From the NCBI GenBank assembly GCA_964397845.1, contig CAYNKW010000004.1:1-44088 (forward strand): a stretch of DNA of 44,088 bases, in the 5' to 3' direction. This document shows positions 26,117-34,790 of this stretch, piece after piece. The position numbers and the translations under genes were made by a program. Within the stretch, counting starts at the first letter, position 1, and each line of letters starts with the position of its first letter. Source of the DNA: an uncultured Anaerolineae bacterium (GTDB lineage Bacteria; Chloroflexota; Anaerolineae; CAYNKW01). The notes under the pieces were generated by a model. It ran no database searches, was not told the origin of the DNA, and was given only the letters and a program-made list of their open reading frames with translations.

Positions 26117-27247
26117 GTGACCCTACCAGGATATTGGCGCTACAACCAGGAACGCTATGCCATGATCGGTCACTCCTGCGCACATTGTGGGACGCGTTTC
26201 TTGGCACCTCGATTGGTCTGCCCGAATTGCCGTCACGAGGTGACCCAACTGACGCAACACATCTTTCCCACCCTGCAAGTTCAGGCGTCCGCCGATGCTC
26301 AAGAGCCTGCATCTGTGGTCACTGTAATCATTCCGTCTTACGACGCCGCTGCTACCATCCAGGCTACCCTTTCCTCGATCGTGGCCCAAGACTTTGATGA
26401 ACCCTATGAAGTGTTCGTGGTAGATAGTTCTAGCGACGAAACGCCAGCGATCATCGCGCAAGAGTTTCCCCAGGTGCACCTCATTCACCGCGAGAAGAAA
26501 ACTGACCCCGGCACCGCCCGCAACCTGGCCATTGCCCGCGCGTGTGGAGAGATCATTGCCTGCCTGGATGCTGACTGCGTCGCCCCCACCGAATGGTTGC
26601 AGCGGATGGTCGCCGCGCAACGGGCAGGCCACCCTATCGTAGGCGGCGGCATAGAGAACGGCAATCCGGAGAAGATTCTGGCCTGGGCCAGTTTCTTGGG
26701 CGAGTTCCGCGAGTTCATCGCCGTCGGCAAACCTCGCCTGATGCGTCACCTGCCTACCTGCAACATCTCGTACCAGCGCTCGATTTTTTCCCGCTTTGGT
26801 GGGTTTCCCACATCGTTTTATCCACAGGAAGATCTGCTTTTTCATTGGCGACTGGAACAGCAAGGCGTCCCCATCTGGTTCGAGCCAGACATTCAGGTGA
26901 AACACATCCATCGAGCCGAGTGGCGGCCCTATCTGCAACACCAGCGCCGCATTGGACATATTACCGCTCAAGTGCTGGAATTAACCGGCGAGGAAGGAGC
27001 CTTCCTGGCTCGATCGCCGCTGTTGGCGCTGCTGGCGATTCCTTTCTTGCCTCTGGTCAAGTTCTTGCGCACCGTGAGCCACTTTGCCAGTTGGCGACCA
27101 GGGGTCATCCGGCAGCACTGGCCCGCGTTGCCGTTCTTATTGCTGGGGTTGTACGCCTGGTCCATCGGTTTCGTCGCCGGGGCGTGGGACGATCCCCTGC
27201 GGGAATCACTGTCCCCTCTCACCGTCGAGCAGAGTGTGTCGCAGTAG
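26117..27247 (+). CDS. GT2 glycosyltransferase with an N-terminal CxxC..CxxC zinc-ribbon extension
   Basis: GTG 26117 follows GAGGG (alternative ATG at 26162). CAHCGTRFLAPRLVCPNCRHE, then VTVIIPSYDAAATIQATLSSIVAQ .. VFVVDSSSDET .. CLDADC. The C-terminus is hydrophobic. Confidence 0.8.
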   Translation: MTLPGYWRYNQERYAMIGHSCAHCGTRFLAPRLVCPNCRHEVTQLTQHIFPTLQVQASADAQEPASVVTVIIPSYDAAATIQATLSSIVAQDFDEPYEVFVVDSSSDETPAIIAQEFPQVHLIHREKKTDPGTARNLAIARACGEIIACLDADCVAPTEWLQRMVAAQRAGHPIVGGGIENGNPEKILAWASFLGEFREFIAVGKPRLMRHLPTCNISYQRSIFSRFGGFPTSFYPQEDLLFHWRLEQQGVPIWFEPDIQVKHIHRAEWRPYLQHQRRIGHITAQVLELTGEEGAFLARSPLLALLAIPFLPLVKFLRTVSHFASWRPGVIRQHWPALPFLLLGLYAWSIGFVAGAWDDPLRESLSPLTVEQSVSQ

Positions 27248-27288
27248 AGTGAGCGAAGAATCTCGAGGGAGACCCTTTCCCCCTACAT

Positions 27289-29337
27289 ATGGAGGTTGTT
27301 AATTTGAGAAACTCGCCAAAAAATGAGCGAGCGATGAGTAAATCAGTTACTGCTTTGGTGTGTGATATCCCAACACAAACCAAACCCACCATCACCAAGA
27401 TCCGCAGACTGCTAGCAGTACAGGGTTTGCTTTTGGGACTGTATCTGTTATGGGTTGCAGCGATCTTGCCGATCACCAGACTGACCGATTGGCCGTTCAT
27501 GCGTTGGGACTACTCCTACCACTATTCACAGGTCGCCGAAATCAGCGACCTCATGAGGACGCAGGGTGGTTCCTGGGGCTATAGCGACCTCTTTTTCGCC
27601 GGTTATCCACTCGGAATCATATCCAATTTGGGCTCCAAAGGGTGGACGTGGTTCGTTCATCTGCTGTTATACCTTTCTGTACCAACCGCACTTGCTTTCA
27701 ACCTGTATGTAGTGCTGTGGGTGGTACTGACGCCGCTATTGATCTACCGGGCCTGTCGCTGGTTTGGGCTGTCGCCTTCACAGGCACTAGTAGCTACAAT
27801 TGTGGCCATGACCTACTGGTGGACTTCGACTCTTTACTGGTTCTTCTACTTTGGCCTGATCTCTTTCCTGGTCAGCGTGCCGCTAGCCATGTTCAGCATA
27901 GCCGCGCTGTGCGCCTACGTCCGGGATGGGCGCTGGTGCCATGGGATCGTATTTGGGCTGGCTGCTGCCGTTTGTTGTTGGGTGCATGCCCTGTCGGTCA
28001 TCTTTCTGGTTACCGGCTGCGCGGTTGTCTATTTAACCCGGTTCCGACGGCTCGCCTTGAGGCAGCATGGTGCGTTGTTTCTACTGGGCAGTATCGCCGT
28101 AGTGGCGCAATGGCCCTGGATGGGGCCGCTTTTGGCAGTCAGGAAGTGGTTTGTCAAGATCAGCGGGCATCTGCTTTACTCGCAGCCGCATGGGTCGAGC
28201 GCGTTGCACCTGGATATGGTCAGCAGTATACAAGCCAAGCTACCGCTATTACTGGCGTGCGCTGGTGCAGTTTTGGTGAGTGCATTTCTCTGGCGACGCG
28301 AGCAGAAGGTGGCGTGGCTTTTTCTGATCACAGCGGTAGCCTTTCTCTTCGTCGGTATGCTCATCGAGACGCCATTACACCGGCTGTTCCTGGTCGGTAT
28401 GGTAGTGGGTGTGTATGCTTGGTGGCGTCGGCGGAAGTTAGTGTTGATCCTGCTCTTTTCCATCCTGCCAGCGGTACTACTGTTTCTTGGGTACTGGGGC
28501 ACAACATTTGCCGTATTGCAGCCAGCTCGCAACGTCCCTGTCGCCTACTTGTGGCTGGCGATTCCCACAGCAGTAGGAGGCCACTATGTGTACAACGTGA
28601 TACGGAGCAGGTCACGACACCGCCATATACTGGGTGCTGGCGTCGTTCTTCTAGCACTCAGTATATGGCCCGTAATCCCTCCTCAACACGTCAGAGTCTT
28701 CGCCCAGGAACCTATCACCCTGATCCAGCCACCCAGCCAGGAAGCAGAAAAGCTGGTCAACTGGCTGCAGGCCAACACCACTAGGGAAGGGCGGATCCTG
28801 TTTGAGGACTCTCGTTCCTGGCTGGTTGAACACAATGCGTCAGCAGGATACCTGGCTTATACCAGCCAACGAGCCTTCATTGGAGGCCCATTTCCGTGGG
28901 GCGGACCCGTCGACTTTGTGGACGGGCGCCCTTTCGGTCATCCCATTGAGACGATGACAACTTCTCAGATGGCTGACTACTTTGACCTCTACAATATCCA
29001 TTGGGTAATTGTCCACTCCCAGGCGAGCCGAACCTTCTTCGACGCCCGACCAGACCTAGTTGAACCTATTGAAGAGTTAAGTTTTGCCCGAATCTACCTG
29101 GTCAAGATACCCGGCAACCACTTCCTGGAAGGGATGGGCCAGTTGACTGTCCGCAATCATCAAATTGAGTTGTGGGATTTGCAAGGCTCCGAGATCGTAT
29201 TGAAGTATCATTGGGTCCCCAATCTGAAAAGCAGTCCTGAAGTCGTTATAGAAAGAGTGATGGTTTCACCCGATCCTCATGGGTTTATCAAGATCATTGC
29301 ACCCCCTGATCGGCTGACCATCCGGGTTGCACCTTGA
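27289..29337 (+). CDS. Large polytopic membrane protein with a C-terminal extracytoplasmic domain; possible GT-C/YfhO-like glycosyltransferase or polymerase
   Basis: About 12 or more hydrophobic segments over roughly the first 450 aa, then a soluble ~220-aa domain. The first loop WDYSYHYSQVAEISDLMRTQGGSWGYSDLFFAGYPLG is reminiscent of YfhO/PTPS-related membrane proteins. Function is not established. Confidence 0.5.
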   Translation: MEVVNLRNSPKNERAMSKSVTALVCDIPTQTKPTITKIRRLLAVQGLLLGLYLLWVAAILPITRLTDWPFMRWDYSYHYSQVAEISDLMRTQGGSWGYSDLFFAGYPLGIISNLGSKGWTWFVHLLLYLSVPTALAFNLYVVLWVVLTPLLIYRACRWFGLSPSQALVATIVAMTYWWTSTLYWFFYFGLISFLVSVPLAMFSIAALCAYVRDGRWCHGIVFGLAAAVCCWVHALSVIFLVTGCAVVYLTRFRRLALRQHGALFLLGSIAVVAQWPWMGPLLAVRKWFVKISGHLLYSQPHGSSALHLDMVSSIQAKLPLLLACAGAVLVSAFLWRREQKVAWLFLITAVAFLFVGMLIETPLHRLFLVGMVVGVYAWWRRRKLVLILLFSILPAVLLFLGYWGTTFAVLQPARNVPVAYLWLAIPTAVGGHYVYNVIRSRSRHRHILGAGVVLLALSIWPVIPPQHVRVFAQEPITLIQPPSQEAEKLVNWLQANTTREGRILFEDSRSWLVEHNASAGYLAYTSQRAFIGGPFPWGGPVDFVDGRPFGHPIETMTTSQMADYFDLYNIHWVIVHSQASRTFFDARPDLVEPIEELSFARIYLVKIPGNHFLEGMGQLTVRNHQIELWDLQGSEIVLKYHWVPNLKSSPEVVIERVMVSPDPHGFIKIIAPPDRLTIRVAP

Positions 29338-29462
29338 ACTTAACAGGGGGTGTTTGTCTGAAGAGGGCATGTGAGACCACCAGGGTATGTCCGCTCTTGG
29401 AATGATTCGATCACTGGCAGACTTTGTGGTCAGTCGGGATCACTAGATAGGACCAGCCGAGC

Positions 29463-31991
29463 ATGAAGCAAGCAGCAATTATTGTGACCTCAATTTTGGC
29501 ACTGGCGGCGTGCATCGCTGAGGTGCCCGCTGTTCAGACCAATTACGACTTTGTAGCCGACTTTGACGCCGTGGTTGCCCAACCGCCACCAGCCTACGGA
29601 ACCAATCTCTGGTGGACCGATGAGGAGGCCGCGCTGTGGTCGTCACGCTGGGCTGAACTGGGGCCTTCGCTGGTGCGTGTGCCCATCTCTCAGGCGATAG
29701 TCGAGCCTGTAAACGACAACGGCGACCCCAATGTGATCAACTGGGACGGTTTTTTGCTGGATACACCCATCAACGTGTCAAGTATCAGTCGCACGGTCAC
29801 TTATCAAGCCTGGTTCCAGGCCCTGCGTGATCAACCGACCCTGAACATCTTGATTTACTTTGCGTATCTGGCACCCTGGCTAAGCGATAACTCTCCTCAT
29901 CCCGGATCCCCATTTCCATTCGACGTCGCTCCCCACCCGCCTAACGACCTGGCTGAATACCGTGAGTTCATTGAGGCTGTGCTGCGCTACCTGGTCGAGA
30001 CGCTGGATTTTCCGCCGGAGCGGATCATGGTTGAGGCGATGAATGAGCCAGACCTGGGCTGCGGCGTCGATCCGGTGGTGGCATGTTTTTGGCAGGATTG
30101 GACAATGGATGACATCGCCGCCGTCGTTCGTGTCACCCACGAGGCGATCCAGTCTGTCAATGCCGAGATCCCCTTCATAGGTCTGGCCGAGTGCCTCGGT
30201 ACGAGCATTGTGCGCGACCTACTGAATAACTACCCAGAGGGAGCCTATCTGGATGGGCTAACATACCATTACTATTCGCCTTCAGGATATAACCTGAACG
30301 CGGTTCTGAGTCGGGCGGCAGCGCTGGCCCCCTTTGGCTTGCCGATCTACCTGGACGAGTATGGTAGTCGGCAGTATCAGAGTGAGGGTATTGATGGGGC
30401 TCTGTGGCATAGCTGGGCTCTGGCAACCTTGTGGGAGGCGGGCATCGCGCCGCTGCAACATCCTATCAGCGAGTGGCCGCTGGCGGGTGAACCTTACAAC
30501 AGCATGGGCCTCTTTAGGGACTGGCGTGGGGACTGGGAGCGCAAACCCGCGTACTGGGTCTACGCCAACTTCTTTCACCTTGTGGGCGGCGGCGAGATCA
30601 TCTCTCACACCGCTCCTTCTGGGGTGGACGTCCTGACGGCACGTCGGGTCGTCACCGACGAGGTCCAAGTAACCTTCTGGGTAGTCAACCGAGGAGGTAC
30701 AACACTGGCCGACCGGTCCTTCGCAGTCTACAATTTTCCCTGGCAGGAGGCGACGTTACGTGTCTACGACAACCTGGTCGGCTCAACCCCGGTACTGACG
30801 ACGACGGTCAGTGGGTCCCCCCTGGTCTTTAACGCTACCTTGCCAGCGCGTAGCTCCCGCACCTTTGTCCTAAGTGAAGGGCAATCACACGGTTCGCTCG
30901 ACCGCGTTGTGCTTGCTCCTGACTTGGCCACGCGCATGGCAGGGCGGACCATATCCTACACCCTCATCGCTTACGATATCTACGACAACGACTGGGATGT
31001 GACAGCTGACGGTGTTTACACCGTTACTCCTGACGCTGGCGGTGACTGGGTGGGGAATGTCTACACCACTGAACTGGCAGGCACGTGGACAGTGACGGCG
31101 ACATACGGCGGCGAGGTTGACACCGCTACGCTGACTGTGAACCGTGCTCCTCTGGACTACGTGGACCTGACGCCGGCCACGGCTATGCAGATGGCAGGGC
31201 AGTCTATCTCCTACACGTTGACTGCCTACGATACTTACAGCAACGACTGGGATGTCACCATCTCCGGCACTTACACGATCGAGCAGGCCGCTGGCGGCGA
31301 CTGGACGGGCAATATTTACACTACCGAAGTGGCCGGTACTTGGGTTGTCACCGGGAGCTATGGCGGCGAGAGTGACACAGCAATGCTGACAGTATTGTTG
31401 GCAGATCTGAATCATATTGTCATCTCACCCACCTCCGCTATCATCATGGCTGGGGAGGCGCAGACCTATACGTCAGAGGCGTTTGACGCTCAACACAACA
31501 GTCTGGGTGACGTGGCGACGTTGACGACATTCATTATCTCACTCCCTGCGGGCGGCGCATGGAGCGGCAACGTGTACACATCTGAGGTAGCAGGCACATG
31601 GATAGTGACTGGGGCCTACGGCAGCGAGGTTGACACCGCTACACTAACGGTGGACCACGCCCTCCTGGACTATGTGGACTTGGTGCCTGCCGCAGCTATA
31701 CGTATGGCAGGGCAGTCGATTTCTTATACGTTGACCGCCTACGACGCCTACGGTAACGACTGGGATGTCACTGCCTCCGGCGTTTACATGATTGAACAGG
31801 GTGCTGGTGGTCACTGGAAGGGCAACGTTTACACTACCGAGGTGACCGGTACCTGGACCGTGACCGGCACTTGGACCGCGGCCGGTACCTGTACCCATAG
31901 GAGGGAGAGTGACACTGCCATCTTGACAGTTCGGATGCCGGCAGCCCATGTGTATTTGCCGCTTATCCTGGGGAAGGATATGTTGCCTTAG
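29463..31991 (+). CDS. Secreted (possibly lipoprotein) clan GH-A-like hydrolase + four tandem Ig-like repeats + YLPLILGK tail
   Basis: Signal peptide with LAAC. VEAMNEPD and IYLDEYGS are candidate catalytic Glu motifs. Four ~85-aa repeats. Ends LTVRMPAAHVYLPLILGKDMLP*. Confidence 0.75.
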   Translation: MKQAAIIVTSILALAACIAEVPAVQTNYDFVADFDAVVAQPPPAYGTNLWWTDEEAALWSSRWAELGPSLVRVPISQAIVEPVNDNGDPNVINWDGFLLDTPINVSSISRTVTYQAWFQALRDQPTLNILIYFAYLAPWLSDNSPHPGSPFPFDVAPHPPNDLAEYREFIEAVLRYLVETLDFPPERIMVEAMNEPDLGCGVDPVVACFWQDWTMDDIAAVVRVTHEAIQSVNAEIPFIGLAECLGTSIVRDLLNNYPEGAYLDGLTYHYYSPSGYNLNAVLSRAAALAPFGLPIYLDEYGSRQYQSEGIDGALWHSWALATLWEAGIAPLQHPISEWPLAGEPYNSMGLFRDWRGDWERKPAYWVYANFFHLVGGGEIISHTAPSGVDVLTARRVVTDEVQVTFWVVNRGGTTLADRSFAVYNFPWQEATLRVYDNLVGSTPVLTTTVSGSPLVFNATLPARSSRTFVLSEGQSHGSLDRVVLAPDLATRMAGRTISYTLIAYDIYDNDWDVTADGVYTVTPDAGGDWVGNVYTTELAGTWTVTATYGGEVDTATLTVNRAPLDYVDLTPATAMQMAGQSISYTLTAYDTYSNDWDVTISGTYTIEQAAGGDWTGNIYTTEVAGTWVVTGSYGGESDTAMLTVLLADLNHIVISPTSAIIMAGEAQTYTSEAFDAQHNSLGDVATLTTFIISLPAGGAWSGNVYTSEVAGTWIVTGAYGSEVDTATLTVDHALLDYVDLVPAAAIRMAGQSISYTLTAYDAYGNDWDVTASGVYMIEQGAGGHWKGNVYTTEVTGTWTVTGTWTAAGTCTHRRESDTAILTVRMPAAHVYLPLILGKDMLP
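30897..31935 (+). repeat. Four tandem ~255-nt coding repeats (Ig-like/Big-type domains) within the 29463 gene
   Basis: Each unit reads LD(Y/R)V(D/V)L.P....MAG(Q/R)(S/T)ISYTL.AYD.Y.NDWDVT..G.Y......GG.W.GN(V/I)YTTE(V/L)AGTW.VT..YGGE.DTA.LTV. Units 2 and 4 are also visibly similar at the nucleotide level. Confidence 0.85.
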
Positions 31992-32065
31992 TCACGCGGC
32001 TACTTATAGCGCTAGGTTCTGTGCCCTGCGTGATCAGCCGAACTCGAACGTTAGGAGATGTTGAC

Positions 32066-33649
32066 GTGAGAAAAGTACTCGTAGTCGGGTTGGACGGAGC
32101 ATCGTGGCGGTTACTGGATCCGTGGATCGAGAAGGGGCATCTACCCACTCTTGCCAGACTGGTGCGGCAGGGTGCCTATGGTACCCTGTTGAGCACAATA
32201 CCTTGTCGCACCAGCCCCGCACTTCCCGCCTTTTACACTGGAAAGAACCCTGGTGCTCTGGGCGTTTTTGATTTCACCATGTCGGACGGAACTCTTGTGA
32301 AGTCGCAGGACATCAAGTACAAAGCCATTTGGGATGTGCTGGGAGAGTTCGAGTACAAATCCTGCATCGTGAACTTGAGCACCATCTACCCCCCGCAGGC
32401 GATCAATGGCGTTATGGTATCTGGGGTCTGTCCATGCAAGGACTCCGAGTACACGTACCCTAAAGCGGTGCGAGCCAAAACCCAGGGTTTCCACATCGGA
32501 AAAAGCAAACTAAAAGCGATTTGGACTGGCCTTCGAGACGGTGACCGGTCGGCAGTTGAGAAACTCAAAACGCTTCTCCAGCGACGCTACTGGATTTTCA
32601 AAGAACTCGCTTTGGAGGGTGACTTTGACTTCCTGTTGCTCTGGATCAGCCAGACTGATGTTATTCAACACTTTTGCTGGGGCAAACCAACCCTAATGCT
32701 GGATTTTTTCCAGGAGGTGGACAGAGTTCTGGCCGACATGTTGGTTTCCTTGCCGGATCACGTTCTGCTGATCATGTCCGACCATGGGTTCAATGGTTTT
32801 TACGACAAGGCACTTCACACCAACACCTGGCTAATGCAGCAAGGCTATCTCAAAATGAAAGGTGGCAGGCTGGGGAACTGGGTCTGGCCCTGGGCTTACT
32901 CCTTGGCCAGCAAGCTTACGTCGAGCAAGCGCTTGTTGTCACTTTGGAAGCTGCTAATCGGAGGGCGTAAACAGACAGCAGCAAGACCGGCCACTCAATC
33001 TCGTCTCGCTCACAACTTCTACCGCAGTCTGCCCGGCGTGGATTGGAAAAGGAGCATCGCCTTTCTCGACCAGGATTGGGGCATCCGGATTCTGACCGAG
33101 AATGTCGCACCAGGGACGTACGACCGCATCATAACCGAGATCACAGGGAAGCTGAGGGTGCTCCAGGATGGGCGCGGCGAGAGGGTGATTAAAGGTGTTT
33201 GGCGCAGGGAAGAGCTATACGCGGGCAAGTATCTGAATGAGATTCCAGACATTGTTTTTCTGGCCACCAATGGATACGTGCCCAAGTGCGCTATAGTGGG
33301 AAAGGTCTTCCTCCGTGCGTCACCCTCACCAAAGATGGCCAGCCACAACTTTGCCAGAGATGGCATCTTGGCCGCCTACGGCCTGGGTATTGCCCAGGGG
33401 CGATGTATCACCGGCGCCGAAATTCTCGACCTGGCTCCGACTATTCTTCACATCATGGATATTGATGTTCCTGTTGGCATGGATGGCAGGGTGTTGGGGG
33501 AGCTGTTTGAGGAGGGATCTGAGATGGATAGGGAGGTCCGCTATCAGGATCTTGAGCTCTCCAAAAGGGATACCGCCTCGGCGGCGCTGCCTGAAGAGGA
33601 AGAGCAGGTCCTAAAGGAACGGTTGAGGGGGCTGGGCTATATAGACTGA
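32066..33649 (+). CDS. Alkaline-phosphatase superfamily protein (type I phosphodiesterase/nucleotide pyrophosphatase-like)
   Basis: GTG 32066, 8 nt after AGGAG. VLVVGLDGASWRLLDPWIEKGHLPTLARL .. IPCRTSPALPAFYTGKNPG .. LLIMSDHGF. Confidence 0.75.
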   Translation: MRKVLVVGLDGASWRLLDPWIEKGHLPTLARLVRQGAYGTLLSTIPCRTSPALPAFYTGKNPGALGVFDFTMSDGTLVKSQDIKYKAIWDVLGEFEYKSCIVNLSTIYPPQAINGVMVSGVCPCKDSEYTYPKAVRAKTQGFHIGKSKLKAIWTGLRDGDRSAVEKLKTLLQRRYWIFKELALEGDFDFLLLWISQTDVIQHFCWGKPTLMLDFFQEVDRVLADMLVSLPDHVLLIMSDHGFNGFYDKALHTNTWLMQQGYLKMKGGRLGNWVWPWAYSLASKLTSSKRLLSLWKLLIGGRKQTAARPATQSRLAHNFYRSLPGVDWKRSIAFLDQDWGIRILTENVAPGTYDRIITEITGKLRVLQDGRGERVIKGVWRREELYAGKYLNEIPDIVFLATNGYVPKCAIVGKVFLRASPSPKMASHNFARDGILAAYGLGIAQGRCITGAEILDLAPTILHIMDIDVPVGMDGRVLGELFEEGSEMDREVRYQDLELSKRDTASAALPEEEEQVLKERLRGLGYID

Positions 33650-33704
33650 CGCTGGGTACACTCCGAGCTCATCTACCCAAGTGGAAGTCGTCAAGAGGGG
33701 ATGG

Positions 33705-34790
33705 ATGTCAATTAAGAAACTTGTGCGTCTTCTTGCCTGGCGTCACTGGGGTCTGATCCGCTACAACTCGGTCTGGCAGAACGTGGCGGCGCTGTTCTAC
33801 GTCGGTCTGGCGCGTCAGTGGTTCAGCATGGACTACGTCCGCGACATGGGAGTGTTCCTTGTCCTCAGTATGACCTTAACGGCCTATGGCTATCTGATCA
33901 ATGACCTGGCCGACGTCGAACTCGACCGGCTGGCCGGCAAACCAAACGCATTTCACGGGATGAGCCGCACAAAAGCGTCGCAGGTGGTGGTGGCGGTCTT
34001 TGGCGTGATGGTGGCGTGCGGCCTGCCCTTCGCCCGCCGGCCCAATTTCCTGCCCTTGTGGATCGTCTGGGCGCTGGTGGCGACCTTCTATTCCCTGCCG
34101 CCGGTGCGTCTCAAGGAGCGCGGTGTATTGGGCTTGGTCGCCACCATCGCTGCGCAGCAGCCACTACCCGCTGCGATGGCCTTTGCTGCCCTGGGTCACC
34201 TGCGCACGTGGGGAGCGCTGGCTTTCATCGCCTACATCACCCTGCGGGGCATCTGCTCCGACGTGGGCCACCAGATGCGTGACCGGGAGCGGGATGAAGC
34301 CGCTGGTGCGACCACCTTCGCTGTCCGCCTGGGCCACGCGGCCATGACCCGCATCTACGGCCTCAGCTTGGAACTGGAGGCGCTCCTGCTGGGGGTTGTT
34401 CTCATCGTCTTGGTAGTAGACGTGCCGTCTGTCCATCTGGGGGGCTGGTCGGTCGCTCCCGCCTGGCCACTGCTGATGGCCTACCTGGTGCTGCTGTCGT
34501 TCACCCTGGGGCGTGCCTGGGTGCGGTTGGAACGTGACGAGTGGGTGGACCCTTACGATGAATCCCCTGAAGGTCCCCCACGCGACCTGCTGCACCTGAT
34601 CCACCATCCCTTCCCGACGGTCGTTCTCCCCCTCTACTTAGCCATCTGGCTGACGATCTACTATTGGCCTAATCTCATCTTCACCTTGGGGCTGGTCTTG
34701 CTGTACAGGTTGTACGATCCTGGTCGCTGGGCGGGGAGCTGGCCTATGCGGACACTGCTGGCCCGCCTGGGACAGCGGGAGAAGGTGTGA
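33705..34790 (+). CDS. UbiA-superfamily prenyltransferase (polytopic membrane protein)
   Basis: ATG 33705 after GAGGGG. First Asp-rich motif YLINDLADVELDRLAGKPN (NDxxDxxxD). Second motif QMRDRERDEAAGATTFAV. About 8-9 TM segments. Confidence 0.85.
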   Translation: MSIKKLVRLLAWRHWGLIRYNSVWQNVAALFYVGLARQWFSMDYVRDMGVFLVLSMTLTAYGYLINDLADVELDRLAGKPNAFHGMSRTKASQVVVAVFGVMVACGLPFARRPNFLPLWIVWALVATFYSLPPVRLKERGVLGLVATIAAQQPLPAAMAFAALGHLRTWGALAFIAYITLRGICSDVGHQMRDRERDEAAGATTFAVRLGHAAMTRIYGLSLELEALLLGVVLIVLVVDVPSVHLGGWSVAPAWPLLMAYLVLLSFTLGRAWVRLERDEWVDPYDESPEGPPRDLLHLIHHPFPTVVLPLYLAIWLTIYYWPNLIFTLGLVLLYRLYDPGRWAGSWPMRTLLARLGQREKV

